The translations under genes and the position numbers were made by a program. Shown piece by piece: positions 1 through 9,991 of a stretch of 64,000 bases of DNA. The DNA is from an uncultured virus (IMG/VR IMGVR_UViG_3300049846_001482) (Duplodnaviria; Heunggongvirae; Uroviricota; Caudoviricetes), in IMG/VR virus record IMGVR_UViG_3300049846_001482; one strand, given 5' to 3'. The notes under the pieces are model-generated. The model was not told the origin of the DNA, did not search any database, and saw only the letters and a list, made by a program, of their open reading frames with translations. Every line of letters starts with the position of its first letter. Position 1 is the stretch's first letter.

Positions 1-166
1 AACGAGGCTTCCCAAATCACAACATTATGGCTTGGCACCAAACGCCTGTCAAGCGAAATGTATAGGCCGCCATCTTTTTTAACCCAGATTTCTCCCACCT
101 TTGGCTCGAAAAACTCCTCCACTTGCTTGGCTTCTGTGGGGATATTCTGGATGAACTTGTATCTAT

Positions 167-538
167 TCATGTGCCTTCTAACCAATCATTGTCAATGCTG
201 GCTCGTGGGAAAGGCATTGGCGGAGCGCCGATGTTTTCTACTCCACCATTCATTCGTTCTTCGGGAGGAATGATGGTGCCAGTATTGCCGTCGATGTTGT
301 TTCCAATGACCACTGTATTGTATGGTGTGATGCCTTGTTCTGGATTCCTTACCACTATTCCACCATTCACGGTAATGACACCATCGATCAAAATGCGTCC
401 ATCTGCATAGAGTCTGATTGCCGACTGTCCATTAAGGACAGCCACATGTTCGTTTTCAGTCCCCTCATCGACCCTAGTTACTTTGGGGTCAAAAGGTTTG
501 ACTCTTGATTTGCCAGATGTGAAATCACTTCGCTTCAT
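167..538 (-). CDS. hypothetical protein with N-terminal MKRSDF tag
   Basis: 123-aa ORF overlapping the upstream ORF by 4 nt. Confidence 0.7.
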   Translation of the reverse strand: MKRSDFTSGKSRVKPFDPKVTRVDEGTENEHVAVLNGQSAIRLYADGRILIDGVITVNGGIVVRNPEQGITPYNTVVIGNNIDGNTGTIIPPEERMNGGVENIGAPPMPFPRASIDNDWLEGT

Positions 539-864
539 TTTTGCGTCTCAACCTTTACGTGTTTCACGATAGGTCTGTTGGTTTTCTTGTTCAACCATTT
601 AGTGCCGACCTGAATCCAACCATCTTCACTGGAATACTCAACCGTCTTACCCTTCGGTCCACCTGTTCGATACCTCATTCTTCCACGACCCAAGATGCGA
701 ACTTTGGTGAATGAGACTTCTCTTTCAATCACACCTACAGGCCATTTTGCAAAAAACTTGTATTTCTTGATCTTCTCGCCACCAGTTTCAAGAGAAACAT
801 AGTAGGGAGCATAGATCACTAGATGATTCTTTGGGAGGTCTCTCAAAAAGTCATACCTATTCAT
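535..864 (-). CDS. hypothetical protein with N-terminal MNRYDF tag
   Basis: 109-aa ORF directly downstream of a sigma70-like promoter; leader only a few nt or absent. Confidence 0.7.
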   Translation of the reverse strand: MNRYDFLRDLPKNHLVIYAPYYVSLETGGEKIKKYKFFAKWPVGVIEREVSFTKVRILGRGRMRYRTGGPKGKTVEYSSEDGWIQVGTKWLNKKTNRPIVKHVKVETQK

Positions 865-870
865 GGTTAA

Positions 871-899
871 ACTATAGGATTTCGGACATGCAAAGTCAA
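871..899 (-). promoter_or_regulatory. sigma70-like promoter
   Basis: TTGACT-17 nt-TATAGT on minus strand. Confidence 0.65.
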
Positions 900-903
900 G
901 TTA

Positions 904-921
904 TTTTATAAGAAAGTATTA
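904..921 (+). promoter_or_regulatory. putative phage-specific promoter/regulatory motif TTTTATARRAAAGTANTA, copy 1
   Basis: TTTTATAAGAAAGTATTA upstream of phoH; matching copies at 26769 (+) and 56733 (-). Confidence 0.5.
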
Positions 922-956
922 CTATAGAGCCTGGATCGACATAAAGGAGACTTTCT

Positions 957-1961
957 ATGTCCAAGACCTCAAGGCGTAAGTTGACCTTTGACACTAAAGA
1001 CGAAATCACTTTGCTCTTCACAGAAAACAAAGAACACCCAATCTTCGCAGAGATACAAAACAAATTCCATGTAGAACTCAAGTTAAACGCCGTAGGTGTC
1101 CTAGTAGCCAAAGGCGACAAAGAGAACACGCTTGAACTAGAGAACCGCTTCAAACGTCTCGTATCCTCCACTAAACCACCTCTTACCCTAGAGCACATGC
1201 AGTCTGTGCTTGATGACACCGCCCTCGCCGCAACACCAGAAGTCCCCGAACCCGAATGGTCCACCATTGAGTTCAAAAACTACCACGGCAAAATCTCACG
1301 CATCTCGCCCAAGAATGAACACCAGAAGGAGTTCATGGAGCAGATCATTGAGAAGAAGGTTGTCTTTGGCAGTGGAGCAAGCGGCACGGGCAAGACTATG
1401 ATAGCTGTAGTTGTCGCTTTGAAGATGCTTGAAATAGGCAAGATCAAGAAGTTGTTCATAACTCGTCCATACTTGCCGTCAGAAAACTTTGGCTTCCTAC
1501 CAGGTGACATCGATGAAAAGATGTTGCCTTTCTTTTTGCCAATCTACAACATCATTGATGCTTTGATAGGTAGAGAGCGCAGGGAGATGTATCAGAAGAC
1601 TAACAAGATTGAGATTCTACCGGCCGCTTTCGCCAGAGGCATCACCATTGGTGGCTTCCAGCCAGAGATGTGCATTGTCGATGAGTCCGAGAACCTGACC
1701 CACAAGCAGATGTTCTTGATGTTGAGCAGAATCGGCTCTCATCCAAACTCTAAGATCATCTTCTGTGGTGACTCCTACCAGACGGACCTTGGACCAAGGG
1801 ATGCAGATTCTCTAAAGAGGGTTGAGATGATATTGAGGGGTTCTCCCTATGTCGGCTTTACAACCTTCACTAGAGAGGATGTGGTTAGGAGCGTTGAGGT
1901 TCAGGATATGGTAGAGAGGTTTGAAAAGTATGAGGCAGAGCAGAAGAACAAGAAGAGCTAA
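957..1961 (+). CDS. phoH: PhoH-family ATPase
   Basis: Walker A GASGTGKT, ITRP..E..GFLPGD, ARG.T, IVDESEN, LSRIG and GD..QTD motifs; AAGGAG RBS. Confidence 0.93.
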   Translation: MSKTSRRKLTFDTKDEITLLFTENKEHPIFAEIQNKFHVELKLNAVGVLVAKGDKENTLELENRFKRLVSSTKPPLTLEHMQSVLDDTALAATPEVPEPEWSTIEFKNYHGKISRISPKNEHQKEFMEQIIEKKVVFGSGASGTGKTMIAVVVALKMLEIGKIKKLFITRPYLPSENFGFLPGDIDEKMLPFFLPIYNIIDALIGRERREMYQKTNKIEILPAAFARGITIGGFQPEMCIVDESENLTHKQMFLMLSRIGSHPNSKIIFCGDSYQTDLGPRDADSLKRVEMILRGSPYVGFTTFTREDVVRSVEVQDMVERFEKYEAEQKNKKS

Positions 1962-2386
1962 ATCCTATCCCAAGCAATGCTATCTCTCAAGAACTTGGAT
2001 AGGGTATAGTTCTGAATGATGTGTTCTCTTTGTAATATGGATGCATCAACAGGCAAAGGATAGAACATTTGCCCACCACGTACCAGCACATCTAACTTTT
2101 GCCACCTGTCAACATTGCCGCTATTGACTGGGCTCAAGTCTTGTCTAACTTCAACACCTACAAAGCGATTGGATTTGATCTTGTATTCTTCTTCTAACAT
2201 GAGTTTCTGTATACTACCCAAGGAATAGGTGGTGTATAGGTCATCTCCAGCACTCTTAGCCACCCCTTCGATATAGATGGGGTGGCTTTCTTTTGCCTTG
2301 GGCATCCATATTTGCCCAGTCTCAACCCATACCCTGCGTGGGTCTTGGACAGACAGATTGGTATCAGCAAACCTATTTCTATTCAT
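1958..2386 (-). CDS. hypothetical protein with N-terminal MNRNRF tag
   Basis: 142-aa ORF in a tightly packed run. Confidence 0.7.
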   Translation of the reverse strand: MNRNRFADTNLSVQDPRRVWVETGQIWMPKAKESHPIYIEGVAKSAGDDLYTTYSLGSIQKLMLEEEYKIKSNRFVGVEVRQDLSPVNSGNVDRWQKLDVLVRGGQMFYPLPVDASILQREHIIQNYTLSKFLRDSIAWDRI

Positions 2387-3230
2387 GAAGGAACTTCCCC
2401 TCGAACTCCATTTTGAACCTATGCTCTGCCCACATCTGATTGTATTCCACCACAGTCCTGTGGTTTACGTCTGGACTTAGAAATGCGGGTACCCTGTAGC
2501 CTATCTGCTTGGACTCTGGTCTTGATGCTATCCAGCGACCCTCATTGAGAGCCTGTATCTTGGTGGTGAACTTATCGCAGTTGGGACAAAGCAATACCTC
2601 GTCGCAGTTGCTTGTAGTCATCGCAAAGAAAGAGAGACAGGATCCGCATCTTACATGGAACTCCCTTTGGTCCGAGTTCTCCCACAGCTTGACTAGAACA
2701 TTTCCTTCTCCAGTAGCCATTGGAGTGCCGAAGTCAAACGACATAGATGGTCTACCATGAGCCATTGTGGTTTGGAAACCCTGGTAACAGTCATTGGTCA
2801 GCACATCACATTCATCCGTGATACAGACATCAACCCTGACGCCCTTGGTCTCACCAAGACTAGAGGTAGCTAGTATTTGTCCACGATTATCAAACACAAG
2901 GAAGTCACGATAGGTCTGAGCAACGTCTAGTCCAAATGTTTGCACCTGACGTGATATTTGCTGAATGTCTAAACGAGCAGCACGAGACGTTGGTGAGGCT
3001 ATGAGAACACTCTTCTTCATTTCGTAGGCTTGGTGCAGGGCAAACCAGCGAGAGAACGTACTTAGTCCAACTTGACGACCCTTGACCACAACGACAGACT
3101 TACCCATTTCAAGCTGGGTCGCCATATCCCTAAAGTAGATCTGTTGTCCGAATGCTTGCTCGGACAACTTGAGATTCCAACGCTTGGAGTATCCCGACTC
3201 TTTAGCCGAGATGTATTTATACCTGTTCAT
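2379..3230 (-). CDS. terminase large subunit-like (GpA-type) ATPase plus Zn-ribbon; C-terminal nuclease absent
   Basis: KGRQVGLST Walker A, CITDECD Walker B, FGTP motif, SDQR..H.RCGSC/CPNC and EGRWIA; only 283 aa. Confidence 0.75.
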   Translation of the reverse strand: MNRYKYISAKESGYSKRWNLKLSEQAFGQQIYFRDMATQLEMGKSVVVVKGRQVGLSTFSRWFALHQAYEMKKSVLIASPTSRAARLDIQQISRQVQTFGLDVAQTYRDFLVFDNRGQILATSSLGETKGVRVDVCITDECDVLTNDCYQGFQTTMAHGRPSMSFDFGTPMATGEGNVLVKLWENSDQREFHVRCGSCLSFFAMTTSNCDEVLLCPNCDKFTTKIQALNEGRWIASRPESKQIGYRVPAFLSPDVNHRTVVEYNQMWAEHRFKMEFEGKFLHE

Positions 3231-3513
3231 TCAGTTCGGGAAAGAGTTCAGTCAACCTATTGGATTCCCACTCCTTGAGTTTTTCCATCTCTTTTTCTAG
3301 CAGGGCGTCATTTTCAAGAAGAAAGGCAGCAACCAATTGATGGTGCTGCCTTTCTAATTGATCTAAAGATATTGCGTGAAGGGAAATACACTGCCTGACG
3401 ATAGCCTCAACTCTCTTTCCCACTCCCATGTTCCTAGCTGCGTGTCTCAGGTTGATGGCTATAAGTTTTTGTTCGAACTCTTTCAGATAGATTCCATATC
3501 TATCCCTTGGCAT
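3217..3513 (-). CDS. hypothetical protein
   Basis: 98-aa ORF, packed. Confidence 0.6.
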   Translation of the reverse strand: MPRDRYGIYLKEFEQKLIAINLRHAARNMGVGKRVEAIVRQCISLHAISLDQLERQHHQLVAAFLLENDALLEKEMEKLKEWESNRLTELFPELNEQV

Positions 3514-3718
3514 TGTCCCTCACGAAGTTTTCAATGGCCTCAATGTTGTCAATGATCAACTTGGCCTTTGCCACACCCATCGTAAACGGGTACTTATCAT
3601 CGGGTGTTCTTCTTAGCGATATTGTCGGATTGCCCTTGTACTTACCTATCTCAACTAAAGCATGGGGAGTGTTCTCGTCTTCACCCTGCTTGTCAAAATC
3701 AAAATCTCCACCAGACAT
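3500..3718 (-). CDS. small hypothetical protein, possibly PC4-like nucleic-acid binding
   Basis: 72 aa, AGGAG RBS, YKGNPTISL...YPFTMG.AKAKLI pattern. Confidence 0.55.
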   Translation of the reverse strand: MSGGDFDFDKQGEDENTPHALVEIGKYKGNPTISLRRTPDDKYPFTMGVAKAKLIIDNIEAIENFVRDNAKG

Positions 3719-3949
3719 GATTACTCCTTTTTCTTGTATGAGGACCGTATCAGGTGTTCCCTGACCGTGAACTCGCCCATTTTTCCTTTAACCATCCATC
3801 TTGAGTTTCCAAGATCTTTGATCACGACAATTTCTGTTTTTAGATTGGTGTGGACAAAGACATCGCCCACCCTCACTTTATCTGTCATATACATGCACCT
3901 CCTCCATTATACTAAAACTTTATAGAAGATGCAGTGAATATATCACTTT

Positions 3950-4300
3950 TCATCCGACTAATGATATCTGCATAGAGCGTCTTCCATATTGATCTAGGTT
4001 CAAAGACACACTCATAATGGAATACATGTGTCCGCCAGCCATTATTCTGAGTCCAACTGGATTATCTCCCATATCTACCACGGCCCCAGCGGCAGCTTGA
4101 GGGATATCTGCATAAATACGTGGGTTGTAGTTACCATATTCGGCTGGAGCTTGTTCGGGCGGTGATTCGTCCTGTATTGGATACTGCTCCTCGTATGTTG
4201 TTGCAGGCATCTTGGAAAACTCTTGCTTCTCGTTTGATATATCCATCTCAGTTTCAGGCTCAACCTCTTTACGGGGAGCTAGGAAATCGCTTCTCTTCAT
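3950..4300 (-). CDS. hypothetical protein with MKRSDFL tag
   Basis: 116-aa ORF, 4-nt overlap. Confidence 0.7.
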   Translation of the reverse strand: MKRSDFLAPRKEVEPETEMDISNEKQEFSKMPATTYEEQYPIQDESPPEQAPAEYGNYNPRIYADIPQAAAGAVVDMGDNPVGLRIMAGGHMYSIMSVSLNLDQYGRRSMQISLVG

Positions 4301-4590
4301 TTGTCACTCGGAAGAATGGGTCTATGCCAAACGATGGCTTCAGCTTCTATGGTTAGCTTATTGCCTGTCTGCTGCACTTGTGTAAAGTAGTAGTTATTGC
4401 CCTGAAATCTTATCCTGTATTTTTCAAGAGGAAGATGTGGCTCAAGCAAAAGACACTGTTCATCTAGTCCAGAAACAATGTCTTCTGACCACGCTGCCTC
4501 TTCCTCTGTTCTACCCACCAGAGATCTTCTGCGTGGAACCTCAATCGGACCACTCTTCTTGCCCTCAGAGATGAACTTGCTTCTCTTCAT
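4297..4590 (-). CDS. hypothetical protein with MKRSKFI tag
   Basis: 97-aa ORF, 4-nt overlap. Confidence 0.7.
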   Translation of the reverse strand: MKRSKFISEGKKSGPIEVPRRRSLVGRTEEEAAWSEDIVSGLDEQCLLLEPHLPLEKYRIRFQGNNYYFTQVQQTGNKLTIEAEAIVWHRPILPSDK

Positions 4591-5102
4591 GAGTTCTTGT
4601 CCACAAAGGCAGCGCAGATAGCCTGCTCCCTAGTCTCGCCCACATAGGACTTGTCAAGGTACAGGATGTACTTTCCCAACTTGACCTTGAACTTGGGTTT
4701 GTATTTGTCCAGCGTCTCCAACAGTTTCTCGGACATCTTTGGATTTCCAAGGAAGTCTGGTATCTGCTTCTCCTTGCCACCGCTGACCATCGACCACTCA
4801 CCTTTATCGTCTTGCACGTATCTCCAACCCAAAGCCTCACAAGCTTGCTCATTCAGATCCAAGTCGTAAGGATAGGTCTTCTTCTCGTAGTTATTGATGA
4901 TGTCTTCACGGGTGAAGAAGAAGTAGTCGCCATGCAGAAGGTCTTTGACATAGTACCTTGGCTCACCTTCGTAGGGTGAAGTGATGATCTCTATATTGAG
5001 GGGATTGTTGATCTTAGTAACGTTGACACGCCGTATCCATTTCTGGCCTACGGAGATATCAACGCCCATTGCACCCCAGATGTGCTTATACCTTGAGTTC
5101 AT
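4587..5102 (-). CDS. hypothetical protein
   Basis: 171-aa ORF, packed. Confidence 0.7.
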   Translation of the reverse strand: MNSRYKHIWGAMGVDISVGQKWIRRVNVTKINNPLNIEIITSPYEGEPRYYVKDLLHGDYFFFTREDIINNYEKKTYPYDLDLNEQACEALGWRYVQDDKGEWSMVSGGKEKQIPDFLGNPKMSEKLLETLDKYKPKFKVKLGKYILYLDKSYVGETREQAICAAFVDKNS

Positions 5103-5224
5103 CCTTCTTCATATCCTCAAATATCTTTTCGATGACAGCCTTAGATTTAACAAGGTCGTCAACAACCTTTCTGTCTATCTCGCTTATCTGGTTCTGTAGG
5201 AAGGAAGTTCCTGCTGCCCTGACG

Positions 5225-5485
5225 CTAGAACTTTCGCTTCCATTTGGGGAGGTGGTTTCCATGGATCTCATACCTCGCTAGTTGTGAGTTGAACTTGATC
5301 TCATACCGATGCTCTTCCATGAATGGCTTGCCTTCCAGTATATCTACCACGAACTTGTTGAGCCTCAGTTCCTTTACCTTGACTATTAGCCCAGCATCAC
5401 TCTGCAACTTGTCCTCTGGAACAATCTCCCCTATCTGCAGATTGGGCATCTCCATGCTACTGATGGCAAACTCTACTCTTTTCAT
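5225..5485 (-). CDS. hypothetical protein with MKRVEF tag
   Basis: 86-aa ORF, 4-nt overlap. Confidence 0.65.
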   Translation of the reverse strand: MKRVEFAISSMEMPNLQIGEIVPEDKLQSDAGLIVKVKELRLNKFVVDILEGKPFMEEHRYEIKFNSQLARYEIHGNHLPKWKRKF

Positions 5486-6129
5486 TCGAATGGGAAAGAA
5501 GCGAGTTCTTTGGCAGGCATCAACATTTCATCCAGAACCCTTGTTGCAGAACTAGTGGGGGGAACAACGTGATTGTCTTGACCAGCCACAAAGGCATATC
5601 CAGCAGCAGGGGTAGTCTCAGCATATCCGTGGAAATGCTGTTGATTGATGGCCATGTCAAGTCCCATGACATAGGTTCCGCTTACATTAGCCATTGGCAT
5701 AGGAGCCGCTGGACCTGTAGCCTGTGTATTGGCAGTCGTGTAGTTGTTGTAAATCCACGGATTGCCTACGGTGTTTGGAGCTACAAAAGGTTGAGGGTTG
5801 AGGGGTATTGGAGCAGGTCCGATTGGCACATATTGACTGGCTGGAGCCCACATGGTTCTATACTGGAAACCCTTTGTGATCTCTTCGGCTGTCATCTCAA
5901 AAGCCAACAGAACACCAGATATACTTCTGACTCCCCCAACCTCATGAAATGAACATGTCCACTTCTTTAGGATGGGATTAAAGCCCTGAATGAGAATGGC
6001 AAAGTCAATCTCGCCTCGACCATCTTGGAAGTCCATCTTGGTGAGAGATTCCCATATCTGGTTTGAAACGATGGGTGGATCAAGTGTCTTGATTGGCTCC
6101 TTTCCACTCATAAAGTCTTGTCTATTCAT
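5482..6129 (-). CDS. hypothetical protein with MNRQDF tag; likely paralog of 8245..8706
   Basis: Start moved to the MNRQDF ATG; FNP...KW...E[ML]TxEEI motif shared. Confidence 0.7.
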   Translation of the reverse strand: MNRQDFMSGKEPIKTLDPPIVSNQIWESLTKMDFQDGRGEIDFAILIQGFNPILKKWTCSFHEVGGVRSISGVLLAFEMTAEEITKGFQYRTMWAPASQYVPIGPAPIPLNPQPFVAPNTVGNPWIYNNYTTANTQATGPAAPMPMANVSGTYVMGLDMAINQQHFHGYAETTPAAGYAFVAGQDNHVVPPTSSATRVLDEMLMPAKELASFPFE

Positions 6130-6140
6130 ACCTTGTTTCC

Positions 6141-6578
6141 TCAACTACACGGGAATGGATCTTCAAACTCTTCTGGAGCATCTATCTGTGGAACGTTTGC
6201 TTCCTCGACCCACTTACCCTCTAGCCTTATTCTGAATGCTGCTGGATTAGCCTCGATGCGGGGTCTGGTGAAAAGCAAAAACGTCTTATTGTTGCCTTGG
6301 TCCTTCTTTATTTGATCTATGAGGTCTTTCTGAACCAAGTCTCTACACTTGTCTAGATAGGCATACTTGCTCATGCCTTTGGGTATCTTTGATATGTCGA
6401 GCGTAACGGCCTGATAATCGTCAATATCAATCATCAGGTTGCCGTTGTAGGTCGGCGGTTGATTGGGTTGGGTATAACGGTAAACGCCAGGGAGAGCCTT
6501 TATCTTGCTCTCAATGCCGTTTCCGATATGAACCAACTTCTCAAAGAGTTCGTTTATTTCTTCTCTCGTTAAATCCAT
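6141..6578 (-). CDS. hypothetical protein
   Basis: ORF from MDLTREE with GGA-containing RBS-like upstream sequence. Confidence 0.65.
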   Translation of the reverse strand: MDLTREEINELFEKLVHIGNGIESKIKALPGVYRYTQPNQPPTYNGNLMIDIDDYQAVTLDISKIPKGMSKYAYLDKCRDLVQKDLIDQIKKDQGNNKTFLLFTRPRIEANPAAFRIRLEGKWVEEANVPQIDAPEEFEDPFPCS

Positions 6579-6782
6579 TCCACTTCTCTTTGATGAATTC
6601 GGCCACGAAAGCAAGACCCAACACAAACAACCAGCCCAGCGTTAGGACTACGCCCAACGCCAGCAGTATGGCCAAAAAGCCCAAGAACAATATCCATCCC
6701 ATAAGGTTACTCATCCTCCAACGCCCATTTCATTCTTCTTTCCCAGTCTCGTTGTTGTATTTTGTTCTCGTCTTGCTCTAGA

Positions 6783-7337
6783 TTACTTTCGACCTCTTTT
6801 AGAACCTCTTCCACCTCTACGTCCTTCTGCTTCTTTGATTTCTTCTTCGATGCTGACTTTTGATCCGCCTTCGACCTCAGCCAAGATTGTCTTCGCATAT
6901 TCGCCTTCGAATACTATCTCGTATTCGTCTCCTAGATCAAACTCTTTGGACATTGCATCAGCAGCAGCCTGGAGTTTTGCCGAATATCTCTCAGCCTCAT
7001 CCTCTTCAGCCTGCTTAACCCTTGCATCTATCTCAGGAGCGTCAGCCCTACCCTTTCTGCCATAGCCCTTTGCATAGAGTCCGCTACCAGCCTTGTCGCC
7101 ACCCACAGCACGCAAGGCAGCATGACGCTCCATAGCATCTTGCTTTATGATCTCGGCAGCAGCCTCGGATATCTCTTCGCTGGGGTCGAATTCGTCACCA
7201 GGCTTGATCTCATTATCGCTCCACTCCTCAGGTTCCTCGGCGTCTGGGAACTTCTTCTTCCATCGGAGTATTTGTAGGTTCAGAACATCATTCAGATTCC
7301 TGATTACAATGATCTTCTTCTTAGTCTTTTTTGTCAT
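6783..7337 (-). CDS. hypothetical charged protein
   Basis: 184-aa ORF, acidic core with basic ends. Confidence 0.7.
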   Translation of the reverse strand: MTKKTKKKIIVIRNLNDVLNLQILRWKKKFPDAEEPEEWSDNEIKPGDEFDPSEEISEAAAEIIKQDAMERHAALRAVGGDKAGSGLYAKGYGRKGRADAPEIDARVKQAEEDEAERYSAKLQAAADAMSKEFDLGDEYEIVFEGEYAKTILAEVEGGSKVSIEEEIKEAEGRRGGRGSKRGRK

Positions 7338-8232
7338 TGGATACCTGCGGAGGGATGCCTCTTTCGAGTTCGTTTATCTTGAGTTTGTCTTGTTGTTCTT
7401 TGATGAGGTCTGTCACCGGCATCTCTTGATAGGTAATGGGATGCAGCAAATCCTCTTCTGGCTCGAATAATTCCTTGTCGTCTGGAGTGCCTTCTGGAAT
7501 GACATCAATGGGAGGTCTGCGGGCAAAGACACCGGCAGCATCCCTACCAGGAGCGGGCATCTTCAAGGACTCAACATCAACGCCATCCGAGTTGCCATAG
7601 ACATGATCTTGAATCATTTTTGTCTGCTCAATGCTGGCATAGGCAACTACGGTCTTATCTTCCTTTCCGTATTTTATCTCTCTTTCGGCTTGCTCCTCAA
7701 CCGTAAGTCTACGGACTCTGACGTGACGCTTGGCTTGGTTCTTCCTTACCATAGCGCCTTCGGCAGTTTCCTTGCCATCCTTGACCGTAAAGAAACCCTT
7801 CTTTATCTTCTCAACAGGGATGTCTGGATACTTGTTCTTGAAAATGTCGAGATACTTTTCGCTGCGTGGAGGAGTGATGACATTGCGATAGATCCTCTGT
7901 CGCTCACTGGCGATGAACTCGTCCATCTGTTCATTGGTGATGTTGTCAGGGATATCGCCATTAGGACCGTAGAATGATCTCTCTTCATCGGGTTTGACTT
8001 CGTTGGGCGTCCACACACTAGGGTCGTAGGGCTCTTCCTCGCCGTCAGCCATACGCTGAATCTTTGCCTTCTTCTCAGCTTTTTGCTTCTCCAACTTTTC
8101 GAGCGCATCCAATTGCTCAAGCAAAGCCTTGTCGCCAAGACCCTTGATCTCGTCTGTGGTCAACCTACGCCAAGGTTTACCCTTGTACTTCCTATTCAAA
8201 TATTGATCTAGTTCTGCCTGTGTGGAAGACAT
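7321..8232 (-). CDS. hypothetical protein
   Basis: 303-aa ORF, AGAGGA RBS. Confidence 0.8.
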   Translation of the reverse strand: MSSTQAELDQYLNRKYKGKPWRRLTTDEIKGLGDKALLEQLDALEKLEKQKAEKKAKIQRMADGEEEPYDPSVWTPNEVKPDEERSFYGPNGDIPDNITNEQMDEFIASERQRIYRNVITPPRSEKYLDIFKNKYPDIPVEKIKKGFFTVKDGKETAEGAMVRKNQAKRHVRVRRLTVEEQAEREIKYGKEDKTVVAYASIEQTKMIQDHVYGNSDGVDVESLKMPAPGRDAAGVFARRPPIDVIPEGTPDDKELFEPEEDLLHPITYQEMPVTDLIKEQQDKLKINELERGIPPQVSNDKKD

Positions 8233-8244
8233 GCTATTCCTCTT

Positions 8245-8706
8245 TTAAAAATCGAAGTCATTTTCTTTGTCGAATTGTCCCAATGCTGACTTGTTAAGGT
8301 TTCGCCGTGGTCTATCTGGATCTCGATACATCTCTGCCACTTCTTCCTCGCTTGTTTCTTCCCACACCTGTTCTTCGATGTTAGGGGAAGCAAGCATGAC
8401 TTGACTCTCTTCCTCATCCTCATTTCTTATCTGTCGTGTCTCGATATCAAAGTGAAGATGAATTTCTTCTTGGGTCAACTCAAGAGCAACCGACTTGATG
8501 AACTTGGCTTGTTGTTTGACCGACTTGAGGGAAACAATCTTTAGCCCCCACTTGTTTATGAATGGGTTGAAATACATGACCTCAACCGAACAGGTCATCT
8601 TGCCAAAGCCAAAGTCAACGATCCCAGAGTTCCATCTCTGACCCATAACAACCTTAGGCTTGCTGGCCGTGTCTTTCTTTTCAGAGACAAACTCAGCCCT
8701 ATTCAT
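8245..8706 (-). CDS. hypothetical protein with MNRAEF tag
   Basis: ATG overlaps the ppa stop (ATGA); likely paralog of 5482..6129. Confidence 0.7.
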   Translation of the reverse strand: MNRAEFVSEKKDTASKPKVVMGQRWNSGIVDFGFGKMTCSVEVMYFNPFINKWGLKIVSLKSVKQQAKFIKSVALELTQEEIHLHFDIETRQIRNEDEEESQVMLASPNIEEQVWEETSEEEVAEMYRDPDRPRRNLNKSALGQFDKENDFDF

Positions 8707-9260
8707 TTGAACCTCGGACACATGAAGGTGTTCTTTTCGATGTTGTCGATGTAGGAGTTCCTGCCAGCCACAATGATACTCCTAGCCATCTGCGCATCGC
8801 CAGGATCAGAGACCAATACCTCTTTGTTCTCCAAGATCTTGTATTCCTCGAAGAACCGCTTTAGCTCTCTTTGCTGATAGTCCTTGAGGTCGCTGATGTC
8901 GTTGTAGTCACAGAAGGCTGGATCGCCCAAAGGAACACATACAACCTTAGCGTCAGTGAACCCCTGGTCCTTCATCTGTATGACGCCAATGGGCTTGACA
9001 TCCACAATGCAGCCAGGATAGATGATGGTTTGACCAAGCACTACAGCATCAAGAGGGTCGCCGTCGTCGGCATAGGTCTGGGGGAAGAAGCCGTAGTTGA
9101 ATGGATAGCGGCTGGCACCCATCAATACTCTGTCAAGTTTGATGACGCCGTAGTACTTGTCGAGTTCAAACTTGTTCTTGCATCCTATGTTGATCTCAAT
9201 ACAAACAGTACAAACATCGGGGAACTTGTCACCCAACCTAATGTCATGCCAGAGATGCAT
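8703..9260 (-). CDS. ppa: family I inorganic pyrophosphatase
   Basis: KFELDK, LDRVL, YPFNYGFFPQT, DGDPLDA, D.G..DAK, FFEEYK motifs. Confidence 0.96.
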   Translation of the reverse strand: MHLWHDIRLGDKFPDVCTVCIEINIGCKNKFELDKYYGVIKLDRVLMGASRYPFNYGFFPQTYADDGDPLDAVVLGQTIIYPGCIVDVKPIGVIQMKDQGFTDAKVVCVPLGDPAFCDYNDISDLKDYQQRELKRFFEEYKILENKEVLVSDPGDAQMARSIIVAGRNSYIDNIEKNTFMCPRFK

Positions 9261-9261
9261 T

Positions 9262-9489
9262 CTACTCCTCTTCTACAAGTGACTTCAACAAGTTGTCCAC
9301 ACAATGCCTGTCGGACTTCTTGAGGATGATATCACAAATAGTCTTGGTTGTCTCTTTGGTAGCTATCTTCTCACCTCTATTATAGCCAATTTTGTATGCT
9401 ATAAAAAGTGTGGATAGAAAAATAATGGCTACAGCATAGAGTCGCCATTCGTAGATGTCTTTTTTCTTCCAGTCTCTATCTTTAAACAT
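9262..9489 (-). CDS. small membrane protein
   Basis: Single hydrophobic segment. Confidence 0.6.
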   Translation of the reverse strand: MFKDRDWKKKDIYEWRLYAVAIIFLSTLFIAYKIGYNRGEKIATKETTKTICDIILKKSDRHCVDNLLKSLVEEE

Positions 9490-9991
9490 TGGCTACGTCT
9501 CCATTGGGGTCTATGTAGATGATGTTCTTACCCTTCTTTTTGGCATAAGTGACACAATTGCTAGTCCCACCAGGTGAACCATCCCAGACAGCCACAACAA
9601 CGTCGGACCTATCCACCATCCACTTATTCCTGTCCATCATCTTCTTGGGGTCGTAGGGGTCTGGTGAAACGTCTATGACTTCGTTTGCTTCATCACACAT
9701 CTTTTTGAACCTAACCTTTGAAGCCTCTGGCCATATCTTGTCTTGAGATGGGAATGGTTTGGCTATTATCAGTCTTACATGTGGCTGTGCCTTCTTGAAT
9801 TCCAAGACTATCTCTGCAGCCCAAGTGTCAATTCCCAAAGCGCCACCAGAGATGAACTCCTGATAGCCCTGCTCAACCAACTGCCTGATCTGCTTGGCTA
9901 ATGCTGATTTGACATAACGAGCCTTAGGATTGCCCTCGTCATAGCCACCCAACTTGTCGGGTCTATGTCCAGTAAAGCAAACGGATATCAT
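9482..9991 (-). CDS. SLOG family protein (YspA/DUF1273-like)
   Basis: CFTGHRP, FISGGALGID, RNKWMVD, AVWDG..GGT motifs. Confidence 0.9.
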   Translation of the reverse strand: MISVCFTGHRPDKLGGYDEGNPKARYVKSALAKQIRQLVEQGYQEFISGGALGIDTWAAEIVLEFKKAQPHVRLIIAKPFPSQDKIWPEASKVRFKKMCDEANEVIDVSPDPYDPKKMMDRNKWMVDRSDVVVAVWDGSPGGTSNCVTYAKKKGKNIIYIDPNGDVANV

